Assembly (NCBI GenBank): GCA_963835065.1
Contig: CAWIEK010000015.1
Coordinates: forward strand, 32,001-96,000
Length of the DNA stretch: 64,000 nucleotides
Direction of reading: 5' to 3'
Origin: an uncultured Chthonomonadaceae bacterium
GTDB lineage: Bacteria > Armatimonadota > Chthonomonadetes > Chthonomonadales > Chthonomonadaceae
Each line of letters starts with the position of its first letter. Positions within the stretch are counted from its first letter, which is position 1. Of this stretch, positions 9,597 to 19,230 are shown piece by piece. Made by a program: the position numbers and the translations under genes. Under the pieces are notes generated by a model. It saw nothing but the letters and a program-made list of their open reading frames with translations. It was not told the origin of the DNA and made no database searches.

Positions 9597-10921
9597 ATCG
9601 CGGGCGCTGATTCGACGTGATTGACCCGGACGCGAATACCATAGCGGCCTGTCGGCAGGCCGGCAGGCGGCTGGAACTGAATCTGCGCGTCGCCCAACAC
9701 GGTAAACTGGCCCGCCCCGACAGCCGCGTTCTCTATAAGCGGCGTCCCACCAATGACAACCTGTGTTTTCCCCGCCAGAAACCCGGCTCCATTCAGCGTC
9801 AAGGCCGCGCCCGCATAAGTGAGTACAGGAGACGGCGCGGCGGCATCCACCCGTGCCGCGATGCTGAACGGCGTAGCATTGGTGCGGTTCGCGCCCAATC
9901 CGACGCTGAGTTGGTATAGCCCAGGGGGAAACCCCGCCGGGGCAGGGAGTGTCAGATGCAGTTTGGCGTCGCTGTTGTCAATCACCGTCGCGTCAATCCA
10001 GGCGCTGACGTCCTGATCCGGCAGGTTCGGCTGAAGCAAAAACAATTTTATCGGGAGCGGCGGGACGGGCTGAAATCCGGCTCCGTACAGCAGAAAACTT
10101 TCGCCCGGCGCGGCCACAGCGGGTAAGGCGTCGTAATCGCTCAGGCTGCGCCCCGGCTCATCGCTCGGAACCGCGTCCGGGCCGCGCAAATCGGCTGCGG
10201 CGCGAACATCGTCCGGCCCGAAATAGCGAACATGGCGGAAGGCCGCGGTCACCTGTCCCGAATCCGCATAGGGCAAGTTTGTCGGTGCGACGGCAAGCGC
10301 GACCCTCTGAACCTTCGGCATGGCACGCCGCTCGTCCTCCTGCGGCTGAATGAACACCACGCTGACCTTGTACACAACCGAAAGGCGCATCGCGGCGGTT
10401 GTCGCCTGCCACAGCCGGGCAATCTCGTCGGAACTTTCGGTTTCCATCGTCAGGCAGAACTCGCCTTTGGGACGCCCGTCGCGCGCCAGCGTCACATTGC
10501 GCACAAGCGGCTTTTCGTGAAAACATTTCAGCGCGATACTCATAGCCTGCTGTTCTTCGATGTAGCGGTTCTCAGAGTAAGCGGAAAGCAGGTAATAGAG
10601 TTCGAGCGCAAGCGGCTGAAACGGGATCGGCGTGGCGCGCGTTCGGTCTCCCGTCACCGGCGTATTGCGCTGGTAGGGCGAGGGCGCGACATGAAACAGA
10701 TACATACTAAGCAGGCAGCCTGTGCTGTTGCCGCGCGCATCGGGCGCATTGCCGGTCACGGTGATGTCGAACGCCATGCCGGGATCTTCCAATGGCGGGG
10801 AAAGCGGCACTCCCTCCGGCGTCGGCTCCAGACTCCAAATCTGATTTGGCGGCACGGCAATGGCGTCGCGCAGCATCTGGATCAGATGGTCCGTGATTAT
10901 GGAGAGATCGAGCAAGCCCAT
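9578..10921 (-). CDS. Pvc16/DUF4255 tail terminator-like protein with C-terminal Ig-like (IPT/TIG) domains
   Basis: LSMYLFHVAPSPYQRN...PLALELYYLLSAY...LWQATTAAMRLSVVYKVSVVFI; C-terminal LTLNGAGF...GRYGIRVRVNHVES; start at 10921 or 10927. Confidence 0.82.
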   Translation of the reverse strand: MGLLDLSIITDHLIQMLRDAIAVPPNQIWSLEPTPEGVPLSPPLEDPGMAFDITVTGNAPDARGNSTGCLLSMYLFHVAPSPYQRNTPVTGDRTRATPIPFQPLALELYYLLSAYSENRYIEEQQAMSIALKCFHEKPLVRNVTLARDGRPKGEFCLTMETESSDEIARLWQATTAAMRLSVVYKVSVVFIQPQEDERRAMPKVQRVALAVAPTNLPYADSGQVTAAFRHVRYFGPDDVRAAADLRGPDAVPSDEPGRSLSDYDALPAVAAPGESFLLYGAGFQPVPPLPIKLFLLQPNLPDQDVSAWIDATVIDNSDAKLHLTLPAPAGFPPGLYQLSVGLGANRTNATPFSIAARVDAAAPSPVLTYAGAALTLNGAGFLAGKTQVVIGGTPLIENAAVGAGQFTVLGDAQIQFQPPAGLPTGRYGIRVRVNHVESAPAMWVRIP

Positions 10922-10940
10922 CGGCATGGAACCACGTCTC

Positions 10941-11922
10941 CTAGCTTTGCCGCAGCCCAAGCGGCGAACCAAAGTCCCGCGCCAGCGAACCGACAGGCGG
11001 AGCGGCGGGCGGGCGCGGCGGTATAATCGGAACCGGAAGTGGAGCGGGCGTAATCCGTATCTCAACGCTGCCGATATGAACGGTCGGCGTTGGCGCTGCC
11101 GTTGTTTCGCGGTCACGCTCCGCTCCTATCGGCCTCTGAATGGGCGCAGGAGATGGCGGTGACGGCGCGGCCAATGGCTGCAAAGATTGCGGCGGCGTTT
11201 CCGGGCGGGGGCTTTCCGGGCGCGTCTCGTTTCGCGCAGGCGTTTCCGCCGTCTGTCGAAAACGCGCTTCAGTTGCGGCAACGATTTCGGGGCGCAGCCG
11301 GGTTGTCGGCGACAAATCCTGCGCGGGCAAGGCAGGCCGTAGCGCTGCGAATTCGTTGTCTGCCGTAGTCGAAGCCGGGACAAGAAGCGACGGCGTTTCG
11401 GCTGTTGGCGCAGAAGTCGGTTTGGAACGCGATATGCGCGCATCCGTCCGCGTTCGCGCAGTTGCGGTGAGCGTGGACGGCGCGGGAATAGGCTCCGGCA
11501 GCGCGGCAACTTCTGCTGATTTCAACTTGCGGGCTGACAATTCCGGGTTGGCGGGCGCATTGGTAAAGTCGGCAGGTGAAAATGGTTCACGCTGTACCGC
11601 CTGGGCATTACTCTGTGGCGCGACGGGAATGGCATTGCTCAAGGGTATCGCCGTCTCTGTGTTGTCGGCAGCGCGCGTCTTATCAGAGTGGCGCGGACAT
11701 AGGCAGGGAAGACAGGATTGGGCGACTCGGCGCGGCCTCTCGCGGCGCGGCTGCCGGAACAGCCTCCATGCCGTTTATCGCCGCCTCGCTGTCGGGCGGG
11801 AGCGAAGTGGACGCCGTTTCCCAGCGCCGCAGCAGGGGATGCAGCGGCTGCAGCGGCTGTGGCGCTAACCCGCCCCGCTGTCCGTATCCCGCAATGCGCC
11901 GAAAATAAGAGGCTCCTGCCAT
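10941..11922 (-). CDS. Pro/Ala-rich low-complexity eCIS protein (frameshift near 11690 joins the 81-aa and 233-aa ORFs)
   Basis: N-terminus MAGASYFRRIA; the downstream frame is open across the junction; C-terminal PTVHIGSVEIRITP motif. Confidence 0.6.
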
Positions 11923-11936
11923 AATCAATCCTCAAC

Positions 11937-12704
11937 TTAAAGACTCTGCCGGATGCGCTCGGCGTACTGGCAACGTCGGGCGCGGGGCAAAGCAAGTATG
12001 TCCGCTTCGCGCCAGTGATACCGGCTCGCCAGCAGATGCGCGTCGTCGTAAAGAAACGCCGCTTGTCCGCGCAGTTCCTGCAAGGTGAAAGCGCGCGGCT
12101 CGAACGCGATTTGTACCGTCGCGCCACACTCCGGGCAGACCGCCTCCAAAATGCTGTCCAATCCGGGCGCAAGGCTTTCCAGCGCGGCTTCGACTCGCTT
12201 CCGCAGCCGGGATTCTGGCGGGGCGGGACGAACGCAGCGCGCCATCAGCGCTCCCGCAGGCTCAGGCTGGCCGGCGACGGCAATCTGGTCGCCCAATGTC
12301 GGTATCCGAAACGTAATCGGCGCGTTGTCAAGGCAAAACCAGCCGTCTTCGCTCGCCGACGCGACGCCACGCGGAACTGTTGGCGCGCAGTGCGCCAGAT
12401 AATCGCCCACGCGCAGCGTCACATCCAGCCGCGTCCGGCAGTCCCCCCGCCTGCACGCGCTTTCCGCCCGTATGGTATCGCCGAACTCCCTTTGACGGAG
12501 ATGCAGCAGCAGCGCGTCGGCATCGGTCACGGGCAGCGCTTCCCATCCGACTGCCTGCCCGTCCACAAACCGTCCCGTCCGGCTGAGAAGGGAAGCGGCC
12601 AGCGCGGCGGTATTATTATCAGGCGATTCAAGCAGCAGGGCGTCTTCCATGCCGGTCAAGGCTGTCAGTTCCACCACGCGCCTGCTGACGGGCAAAACAA
12701 TCAT
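11937..12704 (-). CDS. Tail/baseplate assembly protein (T4 baseplate-like Zn-ribbon protein with chaperone-like C-terminus)
   Basis: LPVTDADALLLHLRQREFGD...C...C...CPECG...LYDDAHLLASRYHWREADILALPRARRCQY. Confidence 0.72.
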   Translation of the reverse strand: MIVLPVSRRVVELTALTGMEDALLLESPDNNTAALAASLLSRTGRFVDGQAVGWEALPVTDADALLLHLRQREFGDTIRAESACRRGDCRTRLDVTLRVGDYLAHCAPTVPRGVASASEDGWFCLDNAPITFRIPTLGDQIAVAGQPEPAGALMARCVRPAPPESRLRKRVEAALESLAPGLDSILEAVCPECGATVQIAFEPRAFTLQELRGQAAFLYDDAHLLASRYHWREADILALPRARRCQYAERIRQSL

Positions 12705-12710
12705 GATCCG

Positions 12711-13220
12711 TTATTTTTCCTGCGGTTCCGACAGCGAAAGGTCGCGCTCCCAACCCTCGTTTTCCAGTTTGATATGCTCCACCGCGACCGCATTGCCGCC
12801 CGCGTCCAAATCCGGCAGCGCCTGAAACTCCGAAACCCAGGCGCGATGCACGACATAGCGGATCACAGGCTGCCCCGCCTCGTTAAGCAGTTCGATGCGG
12901 ACTTCGCGCCGGAGGTTTTTCAGCGACTGCGTGGCCGCGCCTTTGTCCAGAACCTGCGCGGCGTTGGCCCAATCCTCAAAATCGGTGTCATGCGTGACGC
13001 CGCGCTCCAGCGTGATGGCGTCGTATTTCGTGCGCCCAAGACCTTTGCGGATGATCGCGTTGCCGCCCTCTTTGTACTCGATAGCGTCCGAAGAGCGCTT
13101 CATGCCGCCGACCTTGCTGACGCCCGCGACCGGCGTTGTTCCCGTTCCGAAATAGACCAGAAAGCGGAAACTCTTGTAAGGATCGAAACGGCTGACGTTT
13201 ACGGAAAACGGCTTGCTCAT
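12711..13220 (-). CDS. Tail tube protein (T4 gp19/Afp1-like)
   Basis: RFDPYKSFRF...IEYKEGG...GRTKYDAITLERGVTHDTDFEDWA...WVSEFQALPDLDAGGNAVAVEHIKLENEGWERD. Confidence 0.95.
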   Translation of the reverse strand: MSKPFSVNVSRFDPYKSFRFLVYFGTGTTPVAGVSKVGGMKRSSDAIEYKEGGNAIIRKGLGRTKYDAITLERGVTHDTDFEDWANAAQVLDKGAATQSLKNLRREVRIELLNEAGQPVIRYVVHRAWVSEFQALPDLDAGGNAVAVEHIKLENEGWERDLSLSEPQEK

Positions 13221-13256
13221 GCCTCACTCCTTTATGAAAAATAAATCTGATTCCCA

Positions 13257-13311
13257 ATGCCTACTGCCTACTGCCTATTGCCTGATGCCTAATGCCTAAT
13301 GCCTGATGCCT
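13257..13311. repeat. Heptamer tandem repeat (TGCCTA[C/A/T], TGCCTGA)n
   Basis: About 8 degenerate units between the sheath and tube genes. Confidence 0.85.
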
Positions 13312-13313
13312 TA

Positions 13314-14888
13314 TCAGGACTGCGCCTGCCCCGCCATCTGCGCGATTTTAACGACGACGAACTCGGCGGGCTTGAGCGGCGCGAAGGCGACGATGATATT
13401 GACGATGCCGTTCACCTGATCATCCGACGTGGTCGTGGAAGCGTCGCATTTCACCTGAAACGCCTGACTCGGCGTGGTTCCCTGCAGCGCGCCCTGCTGG
13501 AACAGCGACAGCATGAAGTTTTCGATGCTGGTGCGAATGGCGACCCAAAGGGGCGTGTCGTTCGGCTCGAAAACCACCCATCCCAAATTGCGCAGCAGCG
13601 TTTGCTCGATAAACAGTGCCATGCGCCGCACGGGAACGTACTTCCATTGCTGATACGCGACGTTGCTGGAAACCAGCGTTCGCGCGCCGTAAACCACTGT
13701 GCCGACGCCGGGAAAGGTTCGCAGGCAGTTGACGCCGTCCAGGTTGAGCGCGCCCTGCATGGGATCGGTCATGCGCCCGCTGTCCACCACGCCCGTCGTG
13801 TCCAGCAGGGTGGTTTCCAGTCCGGCGGGAGCCTTCCACACGCCGCGATTGGTGTCGGTACGCGCGAAAATTCCCGCCACATAGCCGCTCGGCGGCAGGT
13901 TTTTCGGCTGCCCGGTCAGCGCGTCGGAGGTCTTCACATAGGGGAAGTACAGCGCGCCATTCGCGCTTTTGGGAGCCGTGTTATTGATGTAGCTGTCAAT
14001 TCCGGTTGTGGTAAGATCGGCGGGAGTCTGGGCGGGCGGATCCATGATGAAAAACGCCTGCTTATGCTCGCAGAAGGCCAGAGCCGCGCTCAAAATGGAA
14101 ACGTCCGAAACGCCGGGAATCGCCATCAGGTTGAAAATCGAAACTTTATCCAGGTCGCTGTTCGCCTCAAAGACCTTTGTAAAATCCAGCGCGCTGAAGG
14201 TGGTGGCGAATCCGATAGGCGGCGCCTGGGAATTGGCAGGCAGATCCGTGACCGCCGCGATGAATGCCGTGCCGTATAAAGGGCTGGGCGCAACGGAAAC
14301 CAGGCTGGAAGCGTTGTTGATGCGGTTCTGAAGGTGATTCTTATTGGTGTCGGGGGTGCCCGTGAGGGTGACGCCGCGAAAAGTCTCCACCGAAGGGCCG
14401 TAAACAATGGTGATGTCGGCGGTATCGAGGGCGCTGCTTACAGAGGCGCGGGGATTGCCCAGATTGATGTGCATTTTCAGCAATCCATCGGTCGGCTGCT
14501 TGCCCGTGAACTCCAGGCCTCCGCCTGTTGTGGCAATTGTGGCTTTGGGCGGCGCAAGCGCGCCGCTGCCGCCGAGAACGTTGTTCGACATACCCATATA
14601 CCGTGCTTGAAGACCGACTACGTAGCAGTCGGAACCGCCATTCAGGAAAAACTCGTTCACGGCGTAGGCGACGTTGGCATCCACAAGCCCGCTGGAAAAG
14701 AAGCCGCCGAACTCGCGCTCGTAGTCGGTGAAGCTGAACAGCCGTACCGCCTTATTAAAGTTGTTGGTTTTGAACGGGTGCGTGTAGCCCACAAAAACGG
14801 CGATAGACGTGGCCGCTGCGGTAATGGTATGGGCGCTGTTCGGCAGCTCTTCGATGTAGATGCCGGGATAGGACACGGTAACTGGCAT
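13314..14888 (-). CDS. Contractile tail sheath protein
   Basis: SYPGIYIEE...AVFVG...FFLNGGSDCYVV...PPSGYVAGIFARTDTNRGVWKAPAG...WKYVPVRR...VVFEPND...FAPLKPAEFVVVKI. Confidence 0.96.
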   Translation of the reverse strand: MPVTVSYPGIYIEELPNSAHTITAAATSIAVFVGYTHPFKTNNFNKAVRLFSFTDYEREFGGFFSSGLVDANVAYAVNEFFLNGGSDCYVVGLQARYMGMSNNVLGGSGALAPPKATIATTGGGLEFTGKQPTDGLLKMHINLGNPRASVSSALDTADITIVYGPSVETFRGVTLTGTPDTNKNHLQNRINNASSLVSVAPSPLYGTAFIAAVTDLPANSQAPPIGFATTFSALDFTKVFEANSDLDKVSIFNLMAIPGVSDVSILSAALAFCEHKQAFFIMDPPAQTPADLTTTGIDSYINNTAPKSANGALYFPYVKTSDALTGQPKNLPPSGYVAGIFARTDTNRGVWKAPAGLETTLLDTTGVVDSGRMTDPMQGALNLDGVNCLRTFPGVGTVVYGARTLVSSNVAYQQWKYVPVRRMALFIEQTLLRNLGWVVFEPNDTPLWVAIRTSIENFMLSLFQQGALQGTTPSQAFQVKCDASTTTSDDQVNGIVNIIVAFAPLKPAEFVVVKIAQMAGQAQS

Positions 14889-15022
14889 GACGTTCCTCCA
14901 AAATCAGAGAGTACGCAGGGCGGCGCGGGCAAGGGATTTTAGAGCCTCTCCCAGCAGGCGCGGCATTTGCGTCCGCAGGAGGCTTGACCTTTCCTGCCGG
15001 GTTAGGCAGTACCCGGCTTATT

Positions 15023-15841
15023 TTAGCCGGTGGCGACAATCGCTTTGGCGCTGACTGCAGCCTGCGCGTCCGCTCCTCCCGCAAGCATGACGACACCGGG
15101 GGCGGGGGGAGCAAACCCGCCATCTGGCGCGTCGGCCTTAATGAGATAGCCGAAATTGGCGTTCATGTTGGCGAGGGTATCGGTTTTCGCGGTTTTCCAG
15201 ACGGTGGTAAGCGTAAACTTATTGTTGTCGGCGTCCACATTGGAAATCGTTGCGACGATGCTATTGCCGTCCGCTCCGCTGTCCCGTGCTTCCAAAGTGA
15301 AAGCGGCTCCGGCTCCCGTATTTTTAGCCACATCTTTCGTGGCTTTGCCGCCGTTGCCGCCCGCAAGGGGATAGTCGCCGTTTTTGGGAAGCGTGTACGG
15401 CCCCGCGCCCTTCAAATGCACAAGGCCGCCCGCGCCTAAAACAGCGGCAAGAGTGTCCGGCGTCAGTCCGGCATACGTTTCCGTTTCGCTGACGGTAATG
15501 CTGGCTTTTGTGTTGCCGGGCGTCACCTTATCCGGGACGACATCGGTGAACGTGACCTGAATGTTGTTGCCTGCCGGTCCGGGGTCTTTGGCGGTGAGGA
15601 CAACCGCATCCGTGATAGGCGCGGGCGTGGGGTCCGGCTTGAGAACGCCGCTTTGCGCGAGCTGGTTCAGCCAGGCCGTCAATTGTGTCTGATCCGCAGG
15701 CTGCAGGCTGCTGTAAGACGGCCAGGAAGTGGTTACGATTGTCGTGCCGTTGAACTGCAGGTCGGCTAAGGGAATGGAAATTTGCTTGCCGTTGGTATCC
15801 GTGTAAAAAACAGGGGCGGTCCCCAACACGCTTGTAGCCAT
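15023..15841 (-). CDS. Stand-alone sheath outer-domain-like protein (first gene of the eCIS operon)
   Basis: GAGGAGGAG RBS; duplicated LTAKDPGPAGNNIQVT / LEARDSGADGNSIVAT motifs and LAGG motifs resembling sheath beta-sandwich domains. Confidence 0.6.
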   Translation of the reverse strand: MATSVLGTAPVFYTDTNGKQISIPLADLQFNGTTIVTTSWPSYSSLQPADQTQLTAWLNQLAQSGVLKPDPTPAPITDAVVLTAKDPGPAGNNIQVTFTDVVPDKVTPGNTKASITVSETETYAGLTPDTLAAVLGAGGLVHLKGAGPYTLPKNGDYPLAGGNGGKATKDVAKNTGAGAAFTLEARDSGADGNSIVATISNVDADNNKFTLTTVWKTAKTDTLANMNANFGYLIKADAPDGGFAPPAPGVVMLAGGADAQAAVSAKAIVATG

Positions 15842-16113
15842 AACAGATCACTCCTCCTCAACAACATGCGTAACACGCGCGAATAGTTCTCTGGCGCGGA
15901 TTGATAGCAAAAACCATCCTAAAGCATACTTTAGAGGCAAATTTCACGCCTGTTGATAAGTTTATACGAACATCTATCAAATTCCTGCCTGTTTACTTTA
16001 TTTTTTAATCATTTTAGAATTTTCTTTTATCCAACAGTGGATTGGAAAGGCAGATAATTTTTGTCGCATCATGGTGGGGGAGTGGAGTTGGCAGGAACGC
16101 CTTAGCCTGAAAA

Positions 16114-16155
16114 ACAACGCTGACGGCAATCCGATGTGATTGCCGTCAGCGTTGT
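16114..16155 (-). terminator. Intrinsic terminator downstream of tRNA-Ser and the small ORF
   Basis: 18-bp perfect stem acaacgctgacggcaatc/gattgccgtcagcgttgt with a T-run on the minus strand. Confidence 0.75.
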
Positions 16156-16206
16156 GGACGAAGCAAAAAGACTGTGTTGCCGGCTGCTTCTGCAAGGAGT
16201 TGTTTA

Positions 16207-16232
16207 AGAAGGAGAGAACAGGATTCAAACCT
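16207..16232 (-). repeat. Imperfect duplicate of tRNA-Ser 3' end (att-like)
   Basis: agaaggagagaacaggattcaaacct vs agaaggagaggacaggattcgaacct at 16608-16633 (2 mismatches in 26). Confidence 0.8.
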
Positions 16233-16249
16233 ACGATACGTATTGCTAA

Positions 16250-16492
16250 TCAAATTAAAATCGTTTGATGGCGATTCTTTTCAATCTCCGTCAGGAGTTC
16301 GTCCCAAGCTTCCCCTTCATATTTCGCGGCGAGAGGCGCAAGGGAACGTGGCACGAAAGAATCTTTTGGCTCGGTGACGCGATACCATTGTTCCAGCGCG
16401 CTACACAAAAGAGTATCCATATTCGCGCCCTGTGATCTTGCTTGCTCTACGCGGCGAACGGTTTCGGGCGATACCTCCAGAGTCAGCGTCAT
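16250..16492 (-). CDS. Small antitoxin-like hypothetical protein
   Basis: [22 protein letters not shown]...DTLL, an RHH-like N-terminus; GGAGG RBS. Confidence 0.6.
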   Translation of the reverse strand: MTLTLEVSPETVRRVEQARSQGANMDTLLCSALEQWYRVTEPKDSFVPRSLAPLAAKYEGEAWDELLTEIEKNRHQTILI

Positions 16493-16610
16493 CTTGCGAA
16501 CCTCCACTTCCTGATCCTAATACGGCAACCCACCATAGCGCAACATTTCTGCATTGAGTTAAAATTGCGTCCTTCCCTCCATTGAATCGGAGGAAAGGAC
16601 GCTTTTGAGA

Positions 16611-16695
16611 AGGAGAGGACAGGATTCGAACCTGCGCATCCTTGCGGATGTCCTGTTTTCAAGACAGGTGCAATCGACCACTCTGCCACCTCTCC
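16611..16695 (-). tRNA. tRNA-Ser(TGA)
   Basis: GGAGAGGTGGCAGAGTGGTCGATTGCACCTGTC-TTGAAA-ACAGG...long variable arm...GGTTCGAATCCTGTCCTCTCC. Confidence 0.93.
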
Positions 16696-16767
16696 AGGCC
16701 GTTGAGAGTTGATAGTTCATAGTTGATAGAGATGCAGGAACTACGAACTATCCGCGCCCCGCCAATT

Positions 16768-16796
16768 AGTATAACCCAAATGACCGCTGACGTCAA
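16768..16796 (-). promoter_or_regulatory. Sigma70 promoter for tRNA-Ser(TGA)
   Basis: TTGACG-17 nt-TATACT on the minus strand. Confidence 0.7.
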
Positions 16797-16885
16797 GAAC
16801 AGACTTATCCTGCCGCTCCGAGAACCTCCGTCTCCTTATCCGAACATGAGCATATTTACAGGTAAAGCCTCCTGTCTTGTCCTCC

Positions 16886-16918
16886 TATTTGCGTTTATTC
16901 GCGTGTATTTGCGGCTAA
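16886..16918. repeat. Half REP-like arm (ATTTGCG..TATTCGCGTGTATTTGCGGCTAAA)
   Basis: Near-identical copy at about 26038-26070 and an inverted copy at about 52083-52115. Confidence 0.75.
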
Positions 16919-18775
16919 ACTCTCTCCGGCATGTTCAGCAGCAGTTTTTCCGCGTCCACGATCTCGTAACGGTAGCCCTGTTCGGTCAGGAAGAGTTGGC
17001 GGTGCGTGGCGAACTCCTGATCGCGGGACTCGCGGGTTACGAGCGAGTAAAAGTGCGCGATGCTGCCGTCGGTTTTGGGACGCAGGACGCGGCCCAAACG
17101 CTGCGCTTCTTCCTGCCGCGAACCGAACGTGCCCGATACCTGAATGGCGACATTGGCGTCCGGCAGGTCAATGGAAAAGTTGGCGACTTTGGACACGATC
17201 AGCACCTTGAACTCGCCCCGCTTGAACGCCGCGTAGATTTTTTCGCGTTCGCGCTGCGCGGTTTTGCCCGTAATCACAGGGCGCTTCAAACCTGTCCACG
17301 ATGTTTTGCAGTTGTTCCAGATACTGCCCGATGATGAGAACGTGGTCGTCCCGGTGCTTTTCCAGCAGGGCTTCGATGATGTCTTCCTTGCGCGGATTGA
17401 CGCTTGCCAGCCGGAACTTTTCGCGCGGGTCGGCAATGGCGTATTCCAGCCGGTTGTTCTCTTCCATCGGAATACGGATTTCCGTACAAATGGCGGTGGC
17501 GATCCAGCCCTGCTTTTCCAGTTCCTTCCACGGCACGTCGGCTTTTTTAGGACCGATAAGCGAGAACACGTCGTCCTCGCGCCCATCCTCGCGCACCAGC
17601 GTTGCCGTCAGTCCCAATCGCCGCTTGGCCTGAATTTCCGCCGTGATGCGAAACACGGGCGCGGGCAGCAAGTGGACTTCATCGTAAATGATCATGCCCC
17701 AGTCGTGGCGGTTGAACAGTTCCAGATTGAGATACCCTTCCGCCCCGCCCAGCACCATTGGCGCGTCAGACGCAGTTGTTCCCTCCGCTCCAAAAGCCGC
17801 CGCTTCCGCTCCATCCCAATCGTCAATGGGCATTTCGGCAAAATCGCCCGCTTCCCCGGCTTTCTCCCTGTCCTTTTTTGCTTTTGCCTGCTTCGCCTTT
17901 TCAGGGTCGCGGCGGGCCGTCAGTACCTGATACGTGGCGATGGTGACGGGGCGAATGTTTTTGCACTCGCCGCTGTATTCGCCGATGTCATCCGGGTGAA
18001 TCGTGGTCTTGTCCAGAATCTCGTCGCGCCACTGGTGCGCAGCCGTAATGCCCGTCACGATAATCAGCGTCCGCATTTGCGCCAGCGCCATCGCCTGTAT
18101 GCCGATGATGGTTTTGCCCGCGCCGCAGGGAAGCACGAGGACGCCGCTGCCGCCCGCCGCCGAGCCGCCCATCCAAAACTGATTGGCCGCTTCCTCCTGA
18201 TAATGGCGCGGCAGAAACGGCTTTCCCCCCCGCGTCACTTCGCGCAGCCGCACTTCCAATGCTTCGCCGTCCGTGTACCCGGCCAAATCCTCGACGGGAA
18301 AGCCCAGTTTCAGCAGCACTTGCTTCACGCGCCCGCGCTCCAGCAGGGGAATCTCCATCGTGCGCGCGTCAACCTGCCGCAGCAGGTACTTTTGCACCTG
18401 CTTGTTGTGCCGAATTTCGGTCATCAGCAGGTTATCGTCGGCCTGGAGCATCAGGGCATTGTCCTGCTTCATCAATTTCAAGCGCCCATAGCGGCCCACA
18501 TAATCGCGTATCTCGTGCAGAATGTTACCCGGCACGTCGTACTTGCTGTACTCGTGGAGAACGCCCACCATCTCTTCCGCGCTCACTCCCGCCGCCCGCG
18601 CGTTCCACAGGGAAAGGGGCGTCAGGCGATAAGTATGGATGTGTTCGGGAGATTTGATCAGTTCGCAGAAAGCGGCCAGTTGGTCGCGGCACTCGGCGTA
18701 GCGGGGATTGTCCACTTCCAGCAGCGCCGTCCGGTCGGACTGCACAATCAGCGGATTCTGCGGATTATAAACCAT
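16915..18775 (-). CDS. XPB/Ssl2-like DNA repair helicase (1-nt frameshift near 17280)
   Basis: NPLIVQSDRTALLEV...KSPEHIHTYRLTPLSLWNA; VLPCGAGKT; DEVH; GLTATLVREDG; the second frame continues SKVANFSIDLPDANVAIQVSGTFGSRQEEAQRLGRVLRPK. Confidence 0.92.
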
Positions 18776-18954
18776 AAAAAGAAACCTCCTCAACACAAAG
18801 CAAGCGCCATCAGCAGCGAACCGATAGAACACCATCCAATGGATACAACAATATCAACAGCAACGCCGCCTCGCGGCGGCAAAAGTCAACAGTAAAGTTT
18901 ACCCGATATTGGAAAAATGGCACAATAGCGGATTCACAACCTGAATAGTTCTAT

Positions 18955-19230
18955 TCATGCGCGCGTTGTCCTTTCCAAAACGCCGCCCACAGCGTATACG
19001 GCGTTGTAACCAATGCGCTCTCCGTACAAAGCCGCTCCCGGATGTTTTGCCAACATGCGCAGGCTTGCCGCGAGGCCATCGTCATCAATGTCATACTCGC
19101 CCGTCTCAATGTCAATGACAATTTGCTTGCCGATATTTTCTTCTGTTTCTACTCCGAGGCGGATGCGGTTTTCATAAAGTTCCTTGCCGCGCCGTCCTAC
19201 CTCTTCTATACTGAATCGGGAGTGTGCCAT
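18955..19230 (-). CDS. Conserved small hypothetical protein
   Basis: EEVGRRGKELYENRIR...GKQIVIDIETGEYDID...ERIGYNAV; protein-like 91-aa ORF. Confidence 0.7.
   Translation of the reverse strand: MAHSRFSIEEVGRRGKELYENRIRLGVETEENIGKQIVIDIETGEYDIDDDGLAASLRMLAKHPGAALYGERIGYNAVYAVGGVLERTTRA

Noticed and set aside
1..15841. Prophage or T6SS interpretation
   Set aside because: No head or packaging genes and no TssJLM/ClpV in the window; Pvc15/Pvc16/DUF4157 markers point to eCIS
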